64,000 nt of DNA from Octopus sinensis (GCF_006345805.1 NC_043009.1:31186001-31250000); one strand, 5' to 3'. Counted from the first letter of the stretch, positions 50,641-62,618 are shown. Notes: generated from the sequence alone by a model not told the origin. Numbers and translations are program-made.

Positions 50641-50999
50641 GGGTGGTGAGCTGGCAGAATCGTTTGCATTCTGGGCAAAATGCTCAACAGTGTTTTGTCT
50701 TATTTACATTACTTATATTTGATCGATATTTGTCCTCATCTTGTTTGTTGTTAACACAGCGTTTTGGCTGATATACCCCCAAGCCTTCATTAGGTGTCTT
50801 GGTGAAATTTCGAACCTGTTTTCTCATTCCTTAGGTATTTTTTGATGTTATTATTATTATTCAGGTTACTGAATAATAATAGGAAGAATCAAACTTGGAA
50901 TCTTGGGTATAGTAGTCCACGGGCATATGGCATAGTGGCTAAGAGCGCGGGCTACTAACTCCAAGATTCCAAGATTGATTCCAGGCAGTGACCTGAATA

Positions 51000-51061
<62 letters not shown>

Positions 51062-51435
51062 TAATAACAATAATAATAATAATAATAATAACATTGAAAA
51101 ATACCTTAGGAATGAGAACTCCATTTCGAAATTTCCCTAAGACACCTGATGAAGGCTGGAGGGTATATCAGCCAAGATGTTGTGTTAACAACAAACAAGA
51201 TGAGGACAAATATCCATCAAATGTAAATAATGTACATAATTCCTCATCTCTTGAATATAGAACTGTAGTGTTTTTGTCTGTCTTCACATTCTGAATTCAA
51301 GTTCTGCTGAGGTCAACTTTGCTTTTCATCCCTTTAGGGTTGATAAAATAAGTACCAGTGGAGTACTGGGGTCGATGTAATTGCTTTGTCCCCTCCCTCG
51401 AAATTGCTGGCCTTGAGCCCAAATTTGAAATCAAT
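50641..51435 (+). mobile_element. SINE family A interrupted at 50700/51267 by a Penelope-type insertion
   Basis: The head GGTGAGCTGGCAGAATC ends at 50700 and the SINE resumes at 51267. AGTGTTTTGTCT and AGTGTTTTTGTCT flank the insert. Confidence 0.75.
50701..51266 (+). mobile_element. head-to-head inverted pair of a tRNA-head plus hammerhead Penelope terminal repeat
   Basis: 50701-50918 is the reverse complement of most of 50950-51230. The forward copy has a tRNA-like head, (AAT)n, and GACAC-CTGATGA-A-GGCTG..CAGCC-AAGATGTT-GTGTT (GAAAC decayed). Confidence 0.75.
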
Positions 51436-51917
51436 ATACTTGGTAGCATATTACAGTTGCACAACAAAAAACTATGACTTGACCAGCAATTATTTCAACT
51501 CACAATATTACATATTTGAAAACTGCACTTTTATTTCATATGCAGTTTTCTCTTTCTCTCTCTCTCTCTCTTTTTGAGGTTTCTCCCTGTGTTGTTATTT
51601 ATAAATATATAAACCAGTGCACATCTAATGCAACATCGATAATATCTTTGGCAAAAACAGCAGGAACACAAGACTGGAACATTTTGGTAACTTCAATAAC
51701 ATTGTCTCAAAACAGTCAGATAACCCCGTATAAATGTCTGCTACAAAAGGAAGCACAACAATAATAGAAAAGAGAAAGATGAAAGCACTTCATCTTAAAC
51801 CACCTTGATAAACTTAGACGCCAACAAAAACCTCTCAAGCAATGTGTGAGCAGTGTTTTCTGATATACAAAATTTTCTGATCAAAATCTATAGCCGAAAG
51901 AAGACAGGTCAGTTTAA

Positions 51918-52171
51918 CCCTTTCGTTACCAACCTGGCTGAAACCGGCTCTGGCACTGAGTATAAATTTTCATAAGCTTTCAATTAAAATCTTCCACCAA
52001 ACCTTAGCCACAATTTATGCTCCTAACACTAGGTTAATGATATCTAAGTTATTTTACTAAATTCTTTGTTATATTTAATGATATCTAAGTTATTTTACTA
52101 AATTCTTTGTTATATTTAAAGTAATTGAAAGAAAAATAGAGCATCTCAAAATAAATACAGTAATGAAAGTG
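51918..52171. mobile_element. piggyBac-type MITE
   Basis: TTAA-CCCTTTCGTTAC at the left end and degenerate GTAATGAAAGTG-TTAC at the right, with an internal 42 bp tandem duplication. Confidence 0.6.
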
Positions 52172-52559
52172 TTACACCAGGGACCCCAAATTCTATGTGA
52201 AATGCAGCAGAATTTGGAAAGATAACAATGTTTGAATGTTGACCCTATATATATATTTGCCCTGATATACCACACGAATTAGTATGGCAGAAAATACATT
52301 ATGTATGTCTTTACATAGAGTTCCTTCATGAGTTTTACCATTTTCTCTGGACTCTCTATCCTCCAGACCTTTTACCAATTTTCTTGTCATTTACTCTCTT
52401 CGTGTCATTTATTAACATTCACTGTACCTAGGACTCGATCATTCAATATGCTCTTTAAAAAAATGTAATGTGATTTAAAGGAATTTGGTTGTTATTTCTA
52501 GCATATCACTTGACTACATAGAGGCTTCCTCTGTTAATATGTACAAAAATTGGCAGAGG

Positions 52560-53317
52560 CGTTGGCAGTGGTTGTGATGGTGGTGGTGGTGTAGTTCTAA
52601 GATGGCAGTATGGCACTGGTGCCTGGTGGTGACGATGGTGTTAGGGATGGTAGTACAAAGGTGGTGGTGGTGGTAGTGGATGAGGTGGTGATGGTGCAGT
52701 GGTGGGATGGTTGGATGGTATTGACGTGCAGCAGGGTAATGATGTTTATGAGGATGATGGTGATGATGATGATAATAAAATGCTTATGATGGTGATGGTG
52801 ATGGTGGTGGAGGATGGTGGCACGGTGGTGGGGCATGTATGATGGTGGGTGTGTTGGTGATTCTGGTAACGGTGGTAGAAAGGTAAGAATGGTAGGGGGG
52901 ATGTGGTATGGAAATGGTGATGGTGATGGTTGTGGTGGTGGTTTAATGACATGACTTTCCCATTAAACAGTGAATGGTGAGTGATGCTTCATGACAAATC
53001 GATAATTACAATGGTGTGGGTGGGACTGATGGGAGTATGGGGGGTGCAATGTCACAGATAATAATAACAACAACAACATGTGGGTGTAGGTGTACTTTTG
53101 ATTGTTGTTGGTATTTGTGCTGGTGGTGGTGGCTATGTGGAGTGGTGCTGAATCAACATTGAAACTGATGGTTGTTATGATGATGTTGATGCTGATGACG
53201 ATAATGATGATGATGATGATGGTGATAGAATTATATATGATTGAAGTCGTAATGGTTGTGGTATGGGGGAGTTGTGGTGTGGTAGTGGTGGTGGACACAG
53301 CAACATTGGTGGTGCTG

Positions 53318-53351
<34 letters not shown>

Positions 53352-53385
53352 CAGCAGCAGCAGCAGCAGCAGTAGCAGTAGCAAC

Positions 53386-53429
<44 letters not shown>

Positions 53430-53515
53430 CAGCAACAGCAGCAGCAGTAGCAACAGTAGTAGTAGTAGTAGTAGTTGTAGTAGTGTTGGTGATAGTGGTG
53501 GTGCTAGCACTTAAT
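52560..53515. repeat. degenerate (GGT/GAT/GTA/GCA)n trinucleotide block
   Basis: Directly visible. Confidence 0.85.
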
Positions 53516-53700
53516 ATATTAGTGAGTTTTTTCAGCAGAAATGTGCCATTCTACCCAATGTGACACATTGTACCCTACCCTCTAGTGTACCTCCATGTCA
53601 TACATGTTACAGTACCCAATGGAGTATTTACTGAAATGCATAGTGTTACACTGTATCATGCCTTGTTTCATGATAGGTGTGCGCCTGGTGTTCATATGTA

Positions 53701-54183
53701 CGAGGGAGAGTCAAAAAGTAATGCCATTTTGTTTAGGACACGTACAATTACCAACACAGGAACATGTATTATACATCAAAATGAAGCTGGTCCTCTGTGG
53801 ATCACATCCCTACTTCTCAACATAGTCACCATTTCTCTCAATATCAATGTTCCACTTTTGAATGAGAGCATGTATCCCTGCCCCGTAAAATTCTTCAGAC
53901 TATCATCTCTTCGACACCACGAAAGAGGGCTTGAGAGGCAAACGTTATTCCAGTGACAAGGAAGTGGAAACTGTAGTGAAGGAGTGGCTCAAAGAACAGT
54001 CAACAGAATTTTACAGGGCAGGGATACATGCTCTCATTTGAAGGTAGAACATTGCTATTGAGAAAAACAGTGACTATGTTGAGAAGTAAAGATGTGATCC
54101 ACAGAGGACCAGCTTCATTTTAATGTATGATACATGTTCCTGTGTTGGTAATTATACTCGTACTAAACAAAATGGTATTATTT
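53701..54183. mobile_element. mariner-derived foldback/MITE (irritans-like terminus) with ~180 bp inverted arms
   Basis: TA-CGAGGGAGAGTCAAAAAGTAATGCC start. 53720-53894 is the reverse complement of 54005-54180. The core encodes the transposase C-terminus YHLFDTTKEGLRGKRYSSDKEVETVVKEWLKEQSTEFY. The last ~20 nt of the right TIR are missing. Confidence 0.8.
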
Positions 54184-54382
54184 AGTTGTTCCATTTTTCT
54201 GCATCTGCCGTAGTTTTTGAGAATATAATCAGATTGGCTGCTTCATTCCCTGGATTTGGTCAAATTGATGTTGATGCTTCTCGTCAGAATCCAATAATAT
54301 GTGGAAATCAGTTTAAGTTATTCTATTTTTTCCTTCAATCTACAAAGAAACAGCTAAATTGATCCATATTATATAGATACCA

Positions 54383-55647
54383 CCAGGTCATTAAGACCAA
54401 AATGTCTGATTTTCTTATGCACCAAGTTTGACAGTCATTAATTCTTATGTTTCATACTGATAGTTCTTTGTTTTACAACATTGAAGAGTTACATCATCAT
54501 TTTACGAAATGCAATTCATGGTGTCTGATTATAATGTAAGTTTTTTCTCTTGTAAATCAATTTTTGTGAACCCATGGAGAGATCAAAAATTTGTGTTGCT
54601 TATGAATATGAGTTCCATCATGGAACCAAAGCATCCCAGACAGCTCGAAACCACAATGAGGTGTTTGGTGAAGATATGTTGAATGAGTGAACTGTACGTC
54701 GATGGTTTGAGAGATTCCGGTCTGGTTATGTTACTCTTGAAAATTGGTCCCATGGTAGACCTGAGGCCAAGGGGGATAATGATGAGCTGGAAACAGTAGT
54801 GGAAGTGGATACATCTCAAACTATGCATGAGTTAGCAGCAAGGTTTGATGTTTTGATTCCATCTGTATTGGACCACCTGAAAGTCAGCAAAGTAAAGAAG
54901 CTGGACAAGAGGGTACCACACGAATTGAACGAGCATCAAGTGACACGCCATCTTGAAATTTGCTGTTCTTTGCTGTCATGGCATTAAAGCAAATCATTAT
55001 TGCATCGTATTGTTATGTGTGATGAAAAATGGATTCTTTTCAACAATAGCAAGTGTTCTGCATGGTGGTTGGATACAGACGATATGCCAAATCACAATCC
55101 AAAACTGAATATTCACCAAAAAAAGCTAATGGTATCTGCTTGGTGGTCCAGCACTGGTGTCATCCACTACAGCTTCATGAGACCTGGTAAGTCAATTACA
55201 GCAGATGTATACATCAACCAGTTGGATGAAATGATGAGTGAACTTGCATTTAAACAACCGAGATTAGTCAATAGAGACAGGCCAATTCTCTTACAAGACA
55301 ATGCTTGACCACATTTTACACAAAGAACGCTGCTCAAGTTACAAGAAGTGAACTTGGAAGTACTGTGTCGTCCACCATATTCATCAGACCTTGTACCAAC
55401 TGACTATCATGTTTTCCAGGCATGAGATGACGTTTTGCAAGGAAAAAAACATGAAATCTGAAGAAGATGCAAAAACAGCCTTTCATGATTTCATGAATTC
55501 TTCGCTGCCAGCATAAATAAGCTTCCGATAAAATGGTAAAATTGTGTTGATAATTTAGGTGCATACTTTAACTGCATTGCTTTTTGTTGAGATAAAGTAA
55601 AATCAACTTTCGGTTCAAAATCGGACATTTCATTCTTAATGACCTGA
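54383..55647 (+). mobile_element. mariner transposon, near full-length (cecropia/Hsmar1-like), inactive
   Basis: TIRs CCAGGTCATTAAGACCAAAATGTCTGATTTT and AAAATCGGACATTTCATTCTTAATGACCTGA-TA; length ~1265 bp. Confidence 0.92.
54574..55575 (+). pseudogene. mariner DD34D transposase pseudogene
   Basis: TVRRWFERFRSG, (W>R)VPHEL, RIVMCDEKW, LLQDNA*PH, PPYSSDLVPTDYHVF, with several stops and frameshifts. Confidence 0.92.
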
Positions 55648-55921
55648 TATATAGGCTACACACATATATGTATGTGTACGCATATACTCACACACATACA
55701 GAGAGAAAGTTGTAGGATATTTCATAAGTTAAAATCTGAAAATATTAATTGGAAATAATTTCATTACAAGTTCCATCACATATTGTTAATAATATTATTG
55801 ACTGTAACTTCAAAGTTTTGCAACTAGTTAACCTCATAAATTGTTATATACTTCACAACAGTATGAGCATATTGTTATACATATTTAAATGTTCCTCCTA
55901 CATTGCATATAAAAATGTATA

Positions 55922-56130
55922 AAGGTGAGGCTGAGTGGTAAGACATTTGCTTCCCAATCATATCATTGTGGGTTCTGTTCCACTGCGTGTCACATTGAGC
56001 AAGTGTCTTCTACTATAGCCTGAGGCCAACCAAAGCTTTGTGAGTGAATTTAGATGATGGAAACTGAAAGAAGTTCACCGTATGTGTGTGTGTTTCTCTG
56101 TGTGTATGTGTTTGTCCCCTACCACCGTTT
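55922..56130 (+). mobile_element. SINE family B, 5' portion
   Basis: GGCTGAGTGGTAAGAC..CCACTGCGTGTCACATTGAGCAAGTGTCTTCTACTATAGCC. Confidence 0.75.
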
Positions 56131-56384
56131 GTCATGGTGGGAAGATCAACAAATAGCAATTTAGCCATTTGCTAATCTTGCCACTTTGACAAACGAGGCT
56201 GCTATAACAGAGTAATGTGTATATGCATCCTCTACAGGTACAGTCCTTGAATTATTGAATACTCCATGTGCCCATTATGAACATAACAACTATTGCATAA
56301 TCCAGGAACAGGAAACTCTGAGTAACAGTTCTGAGTAATATTTTGCAGCTTGGATAATAAAGCATATATATACATATATATATA

Positions 56385-56790
56385 TATCATCATCATCATC
56401 ATTGCTTAACATCCGTTTTCCATGCTCGCATGGGTTGGACGGTTTGACTAGGGACTAGCAAGCCAGGAGGCTGCACCAGGCTCCAGTCTGATCTGGCAAA
56501 GTTTCTACAGCTGGTTGTCCTTCCTAACGCCTACTACTCCCAGAGTGTAGTGGATGCTTTTTACGTACCACGGCACAGGAACCAGTGAGGCAGCACTGGC
56601 ATCGACCCCATTCAGATGGTGCATTTTATGTGCCACCGACAAGGGGAGCCAGTCAGGCGGCACTGGCATCGACCCATGCTTGAACGGTGCTTCTTACATG
56701 TCACCAGCACAGGTGCCAGTCAGGCTGCACTGGCATCAGTCACAACTACAATTTTCATTTTGATTTCAATCTTGATTCAACACCAGGGTA
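56385..56790 (-). mobile_element. RTE 3' UTR fragment with three hairpin units
   Basis: Reverse complement of the RTE tail plus three GCCAG..CTGGC units. Confidence 0.8.
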
Positions 56791-56980
56791 AGGATTCATA
56801 TTTCATTTTGATTGAGTCGGTACTTTGCTACTCTGAATTTCAACTGTATACATATACACATGCATATATGTATGTATGTGTGTGTATATATACACACACA
56901 CATGAGAAAGAGAGAAACTGATAGATAGATAAGAATATATAGATGTACATACATAAGTATATGTATGAATGTACATATAT

Positions 56981-57011
<31 letters not shown>

Positions 57012-57041
57012 TACTTTATTTTAAGCAGCAGAAAATTCAAC

Positions 57042-57089
57042 AAAATCTGTTACTCTGAGTTTCTCGTTGCCACTCATCAGACAGTTTTT
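57042..57089 (-). ncRNA. mirror hammerhead motif in the left arm
   Basis: Minus strand ACUGU-CUGAUGA-GUG-GCAA-CGA-GAAACUCAGAGUA-ACAG; stem II is weaker than in the right-arm copy. Confidence 0.6.
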
Positions 57090-57664
57090 GCTAGAATGGA
57101 ACCGATATATCAATTCAATCTAGACTCTTACAAACGCTACACCTTTAAAAAGAAATGGACTTGTTTGATTGGCCCTTTAGAAAAAAACGGTCAATCTTCG
57201 AGCGATAAACAAAAAGGTCAAAAATATATGTATATATATATATAAAAAAAAATAAAAATTATAAAATCCGAGGAAAAACCTTACATTGAATAAAATACAT
57301 ATTGACGTTAATGAAGAAAGTATAAATTAATTCATAGGAATTAAACCTGTTATAAATATTACACTGCAATACAGTGTAATATTGCAGTGTAATATTTATA
57401 ACAGGTTTAATTCCTATGAATTAATTTATACTTTCTTCATTAACGTCAATATGTATTTTATTCAATGTAAGGTTTTTTCCTCGGATTTTATAATTTTTAT
57501 AAGTTTTTTTATATATATATATACATATATTTTTTACCTTTTTTTTTATCGCTCGAAGATTGACCGTTTTTTTCTAAAGGGCCAATCAAACAAGTCCATT
57601 TCTTTTTAAAGGTGTAGCGTTTGTAAGAGTCTAGATTGAATTGATATATTGGTTCCATTCTAGC

Positions 57665-57712
57665 AAAAACTGTCTGATGAACGGCAACGAGAAACTCAGA
57701 GTAACAGATTTT
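57665..57712 (+). ncRNA. minimal type I hammerhead ribozyme motif
   Basis: AAAAACUGU-CUGAUGA-ACG-GCAA-CGA-GAA-ACUC-A-GAGU-A-ACAG(A)UUUU: intact core, GNRA-capped short stem II, palindromic stem III, GUA triplet. Confidence 0.7.
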
Positions 57713-57821
57713 GTTGAATTTTCTGCTGCTTAAAATAAAGCATATTACTCTACCACTGGTATTTGAGTACTCTTTTTTCCACCTTGTTTCACATTTATGT
57801 GTTTACTCCGGTATATATATA

Positions 57822-57977
57822 TCATCGTCATCATCATCATCATCGTCGTTTAACGTCCGTTCTCCATGCTAGCATGGGTTGGACGGTTCGACCGGGGTTC
57901 TGGGAAGCCAGAAGGCTGCACCAGGCTCCAGTCTAATTTGGCAATGTTTCTACAGCTGGATGCCCTTCCTAACGCCA
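57822..57977 (-). mobile_element. RTE 3' tail fragment
   Basis: TTTAACGTCCG..CATGCTAGCATGG..GGATGCCCTTCCTAACGCCA. Confidence 0.85.
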
Positions 57978-58078
57978 TACACATGAGAAAGAGGGAAACT
58001 GATAAATAGATATGAATATATAGATATACATACATAGGTATATGTATATTTGTATGCATATATATACATATATCTATC

Positions 58079-58113
<35 letters not shown>

Positions 58114-58435
58114 TATATATATACAAGAGAAAGAGAGAAACTGATAAATAGATAGATATGAATATATAGATGTGCATACATAAGTATATGTGTACTTGTA
58201 TATATATATATTACCTTTAAATGTAATCAGTTTTTATATTAAGAATATATGGCATCAAGCAAACTTGAAGTATCTCGATGCAATAAAAATGAGAATAAAT
58301 ACTAAATATAACAAACTGAAACTGATTCAATACAGTACACAAAATTTTAGTATGTGCATGTAGCCTGGTGTTAGTAGGCCATACACACATACATAACAAA
58401 CATGCATATATACATACGCATGTATGTATACACAT

Positions 58436-58477
<42 letters not shown>

Positions 58478-58924
58478 GCATATATATATCTATATTTTAA
58501 CTTATTTGTAAATTTTTTTTACCTAACCTTTTATATTCTAAGTTGTATTTCCAAACAACAGAAGTCTTTTACGCTATGTTTCCTGTTATTTTAACTTACA
58601 ATTTCTCTTTTGTATATATATCTTCTTATTTTCTTCCTAGTCTTTTAAACAGCTTAGGCTAAGAACGTTGGCCATTTTTTTAAAATACATATGCATAAAC
58701 CAGCATTAAATACCTCCATGTTCCATATGCTGCAAAAGCGAATACTGCACACTTCTCTTTGCTATTATTTTGAATTACATCGATTGCATTGTTCACTGTC
58801 AGTTACTCTCACCTACAGAGATGTACTTATTTCTGTGTGCAGAAAAATACATACATACATACATACATACACACAGTCATGCATCCATATGTATGTATAT
58901 ATGTATGTACATGTATATGTACAA

Positions 58925-59150
58925 CTGTTTTGAAACCTTCAACTTCTATATCCAGAATACAGCTTTACATTTAGACCAATAATGATTGGCACACTTGGAT
59001 TTGTAAGCAAATGCCTAATTGACAGTCTGAATAAGCTAGGGTTTTCAGAAAAAGAAAATCAACCAACTAATTTACACATTACAATTACAGTTTGTAACGG
59101 GAACAATAAAAATATGCAAGACTTTACTCAAGTTCAAAAGGTGACATTGT
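58925..59150 (+). mobile_element. RLE-type (R4/CRE/NeSL-like) non-LTR retrotransposon C-terminal fragment, second family
   Basis: NLQLLYPEYSFTFRPIMIGTLGFVSKCL..LNKLGFSEKE, then after a frameshift LQLQFVTGTIKICKT, matching the PIxIGALG...GTxKI RLE ending. Confidence 0.65.
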
Positions 59151-59233
59151 TTCTAAAGATGGAGCTTTGTATCTTTGTTAGAAATAAATTCTTCTTCAGT
59201 GAAAGAATTTGAATAATTAAAACGGCAGAGAAC

Positions 59234-59269
<36 letters not shown>

Positions 59270-59273
<4 letters not shown>

Positions 59274-59670
59274 CTTTATTCATTTGCTCGTTTCAATCAT
59301 GGATTGTAACCATATTAGGGAACCACTTTGAACATTTTAGGGTAAGAAATGTCCCCTGATACTTATTTGTTTCTTTTAAAGTCTAGTACTCAAAATATTG
59401 ATCACCTTTGCTAAACTGCTAAGTTACTGGGATGTTAACAAACCAATGCTGGTTGTCAAGTGCATGGAAAAAAAACATGAAAACATATCCCATCCCCCTA
59501 CAAACACACAAACAAACAAACAACAAACAAGTAGACACGGTAGGCTTCCACTCACAATGCATTTATCAAATTCACTCACAATCAACTGGTTGGCTTGGAG
59601 CAGCTGAAGAAGACCCTTGCTGAAGTTGCTGTGTACTGTGATTGAACCTGAAACCATGTGAGAGCAAAAT
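59270..59670 (-). mobile_element. SINE family B, diverged copy
   Basis: Reverse complement of the family B head and tail, strongly decayed. Confidence 0.6.
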
Positions 59671-60104
59671 GAACTTCTTATTCATACACCCAACCCAACA
59701 TCTGTATAGTCATCTTTATGTGAGTGTGTGTAAAAAACATTAGAAAGGGCATCCAGCAGTATGAACCATGTTGAAGAAGACATTGGAGTCTGATGCAGTC
59801 CTTCAACTCATCAGATGCTATCAAACCATCAAAACCATGCCAACAGAGAATGTGCACATTAAATGATTATGATGATGGTGATGGTGATGATGATGATGAT
59901 ATATATAACTATCATTCCATTGGTTGTTCACATTGCTATTTGCTGGTTGTCAGTCATGCATTCTAGCACAGATGGGTCTCTGATGTTTTCGGTGACATGG
60001 CAGGATTTGTACTTAGAACACTCTCTCTTTCTCTCTACCTACCTATCCATCCGTCCATCCGTCTGTCCATCCATCCATATATATATATATAATATATATA
60101 CTTT

Positions 60105-60485
60105 TACTCTTTTACTTGTTTCAGTCATTTGACTGTGGCCATGCTGGAACACTGTCCTTAGTCGAGCCAATCGACCCCAGGACTTATTCTTTGTAAGCCT
60201 AGTACTTATTCTATCGGTCTCTTTTGCCAAACTGCTAAGTTACGGGGACATAAACACACCAGCACAAGTGTGGTGGACAAACACAAACACACAAACACAC
60301 ACACATATATATACATATATACGACGGGCTTCTTTCAGCTTCCGTCTACCAAATCCACTCACAAGGCCTTAGTCGAACCGAGGCTATAGTAGAAGACACT
60401 TGCCCAAGGTGCCATGCAGTGGGACTGAACCCAGAACCATGTGGTTGGTAAGCAAGCTACTTTCCACACAGCTACTCCTGCACCT
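60105..60485 (-). mobile_element. SINE family B, full-length
   Basis: GACACTTGCCCAAGGTGCCATGCAGTGGGACTGAACCC and the tail ACTGTGGCCATGCTGGAACAC. Confidence 0.88.
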
Positions 60486-61259
60486 ATACACATATATATA
60501 TCTGTCTATTTATCTCTCTCTTTCCTGCATTCATATACAAATTATTCTCCATAATGACCCTACAAATCAAAATCTTTGACAGTTTTCAACCTTTTCAGGT
60601 CTCATCCACTATAACCATACACCTCTTGAGTTGGTGTAGTCGTTACTGAGAAACACTTCATCTTCCTTCATGCCTCCATTATCAATTATTTTACATGTTC
60701 TACATTTATACACAGTTACTGCATAACGATAAACTCGTCTTTCATTACATTACTCAAGATCCACCAAAATGTTTCTGCATTGTCAGGTTTTTTTTCCCAC
60801 TCCCCATGTAATATCTTTTCTTGCAAACTGTTTCTAGTTAATGTATATTGATAACAAAATAAATTACATTAGATTTTTAAAATTATTAAAGAAACTTTTT
60901 TTTGTTTTATGCAATTTTCAGTTTAATGGATTTAACATTTAAACGATTATAATACGCAAACTTCAATATTTAGTAGGTAATTCAATGTTAAATCTCATTT
61001 AAATGTATATTGTGAATTAAATCGTGGATTTGAATCTAATAAAAATTTAATTAAAGATATAATGAATTGAATTCTTTGTAATAGTATACGTATCACAGTT
61101 AACATTTTTTTAATCTACTATCTCGAGTGATTTTATATTAAATTAATTCAATAGTGGTGTATAAATATATAAATATATAAACATACATTCGTACATACAT
61201 GGTTATGCATATATAGGTGTATATATTCATACATAAGTATGGAATGTAAGTATTATACA

Positions 61260-61274
61260 TTTATGTAAATGTGC

Positions 61275-61327
<53 letters not shown>

Positions 61328-61384
61328 CGTATATATATATATATATTATATATATACACATATATATATATATTATATATATAT

Positions 61385-61416
<32 letters not shown>

Positions 61417-62035
61417 GTTGTACACTTCCACATTTATCATTTAACTAACTTTCTTGTTGCTTGTATATTGAAATAGTTCAATATAACTTTGTTATGTTTG
61501 GTTTACAGTAATTGTTATTCATGTTCGCATTTATTGTTATTGTCACCCATATCGTTGACATCTTCACCAACTTCATCATTATCATCGTCGTCGTCATCAT
61601 CATCTTTATTATTATCATAACCATCATCATCATCTTCTTCCTTGTCGTCATCATAACTACCACCATCATCCTCATTATCATCATCATCACCATCACCATA
61701 ATCAACATCATTCTCATCCTCATCACCATCATAGTCATCATCTTCATCATCATCATCACCACTGAACTGGTTTCACTGGTGAATTCCAACTCTGCCCTCA
61801 ACCACTGCTCACTGAAAGTGCAACACTTAATGACACTCACCACCAAACCTCTTTCCTTCTATACACTTATAATCATCATCATCATCATCATCATCAACCC
61901 CATTGTTTTATCGTTGTTGTTATTACTATTATTATTATTATTATATTATTATTATTATAATTAATATTATTATTTCTCTTTATCACAGTTTTTGTTGCAG
62001 CTCCTGAAGTTTTGCATGCATAGTGGGCTTGCTAC

Positions 62036-62077
<42 letters not shown>

Positions 62078-62080
62078 GAA
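61260..62080. repeat. (TA)n, (CAT)n and (TAT)n simple-repeat blocks
   Basis: Directly visible. Confidence 0.9.
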
Positions 62081-62618
62081 GGAAAGAGCAGTGCATGCCA
62101 TCAAAGTGACACTAGGGTAAAATATAGGAAGCCCAGTATACCCATCATGACTACCCATCTTATAATGGTACACCAGGCACATGCATCACAACCATATGTG
62201 CATGAAATGGTGCTCTGATATCAAGATTAACAGTGTCTAGTTAGAATTTTCTTCAGGTAAAGTAGTCCATCCTGCTCAAATTGTCCCTGAATAAGGGTTG
62301 TTTAAGGATTTTGTACGAAACACCCATGTTTCCAGAGATTAGTTATCCAAACCCCAAAGAATCCCTCTCAACACATGGCTATGATGCTTCACCACTACTT
62401 CTGCTCGTGATCAGAGATGCACATATCGTCAGCCACTAAGTGACATGCTCAACTGGCTAAGGTCAAGCAACTGACAAACAAATCTGTGGTGTTGAGCAGA
62501 ATATTTACTGTAGCCCATCTTTTATACCAAGACAAAACAATGTACATGATAACACTTCCAATCAGTCAAGATCAGAAGCCATGAGAGCCACTGCCTGGTA
62601 CTGCATCAGGGCATTTAT
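62078..62618 (-). mobile_element. unclassified interspersed element bounded by (TAT)n and (ATC)n runs
   Basis: A complex, higher-GC 540 bp block with sharp microsatellite borders; the minus strand ends in an (AAT)n tail. Single copy here, so repeat status is inferred. Confidence 0.4.

Larger units (their letters stand above)
57010..57812. mobile_element. ~730 bp near-perfect palindrome (~360 bp arms, 8 nt centre) plus a 70 bp unpaired right tail; Penelope-type inverted repeat
   Basis: 57015-57371 is the reverse complement of 57380-57740; centre CAGTGTAA; hammerhead motif in each arm. Confidence 0.85.

Noticed and set aside
60560-60720. Minus-strand frame CNERRVYRYAVTVYKCRTCKIIDNGG.. as a possible exon
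   Set aside because: It is short, stop-bounded and has no identifiable domain or convincing splice pair.
62285-62335. Hammerhead-like CTGAATA...GAAACACCCATGTT
   Set aside because: The core deviates (CUGAAUA), stem I does not pair and stem II is marginal.
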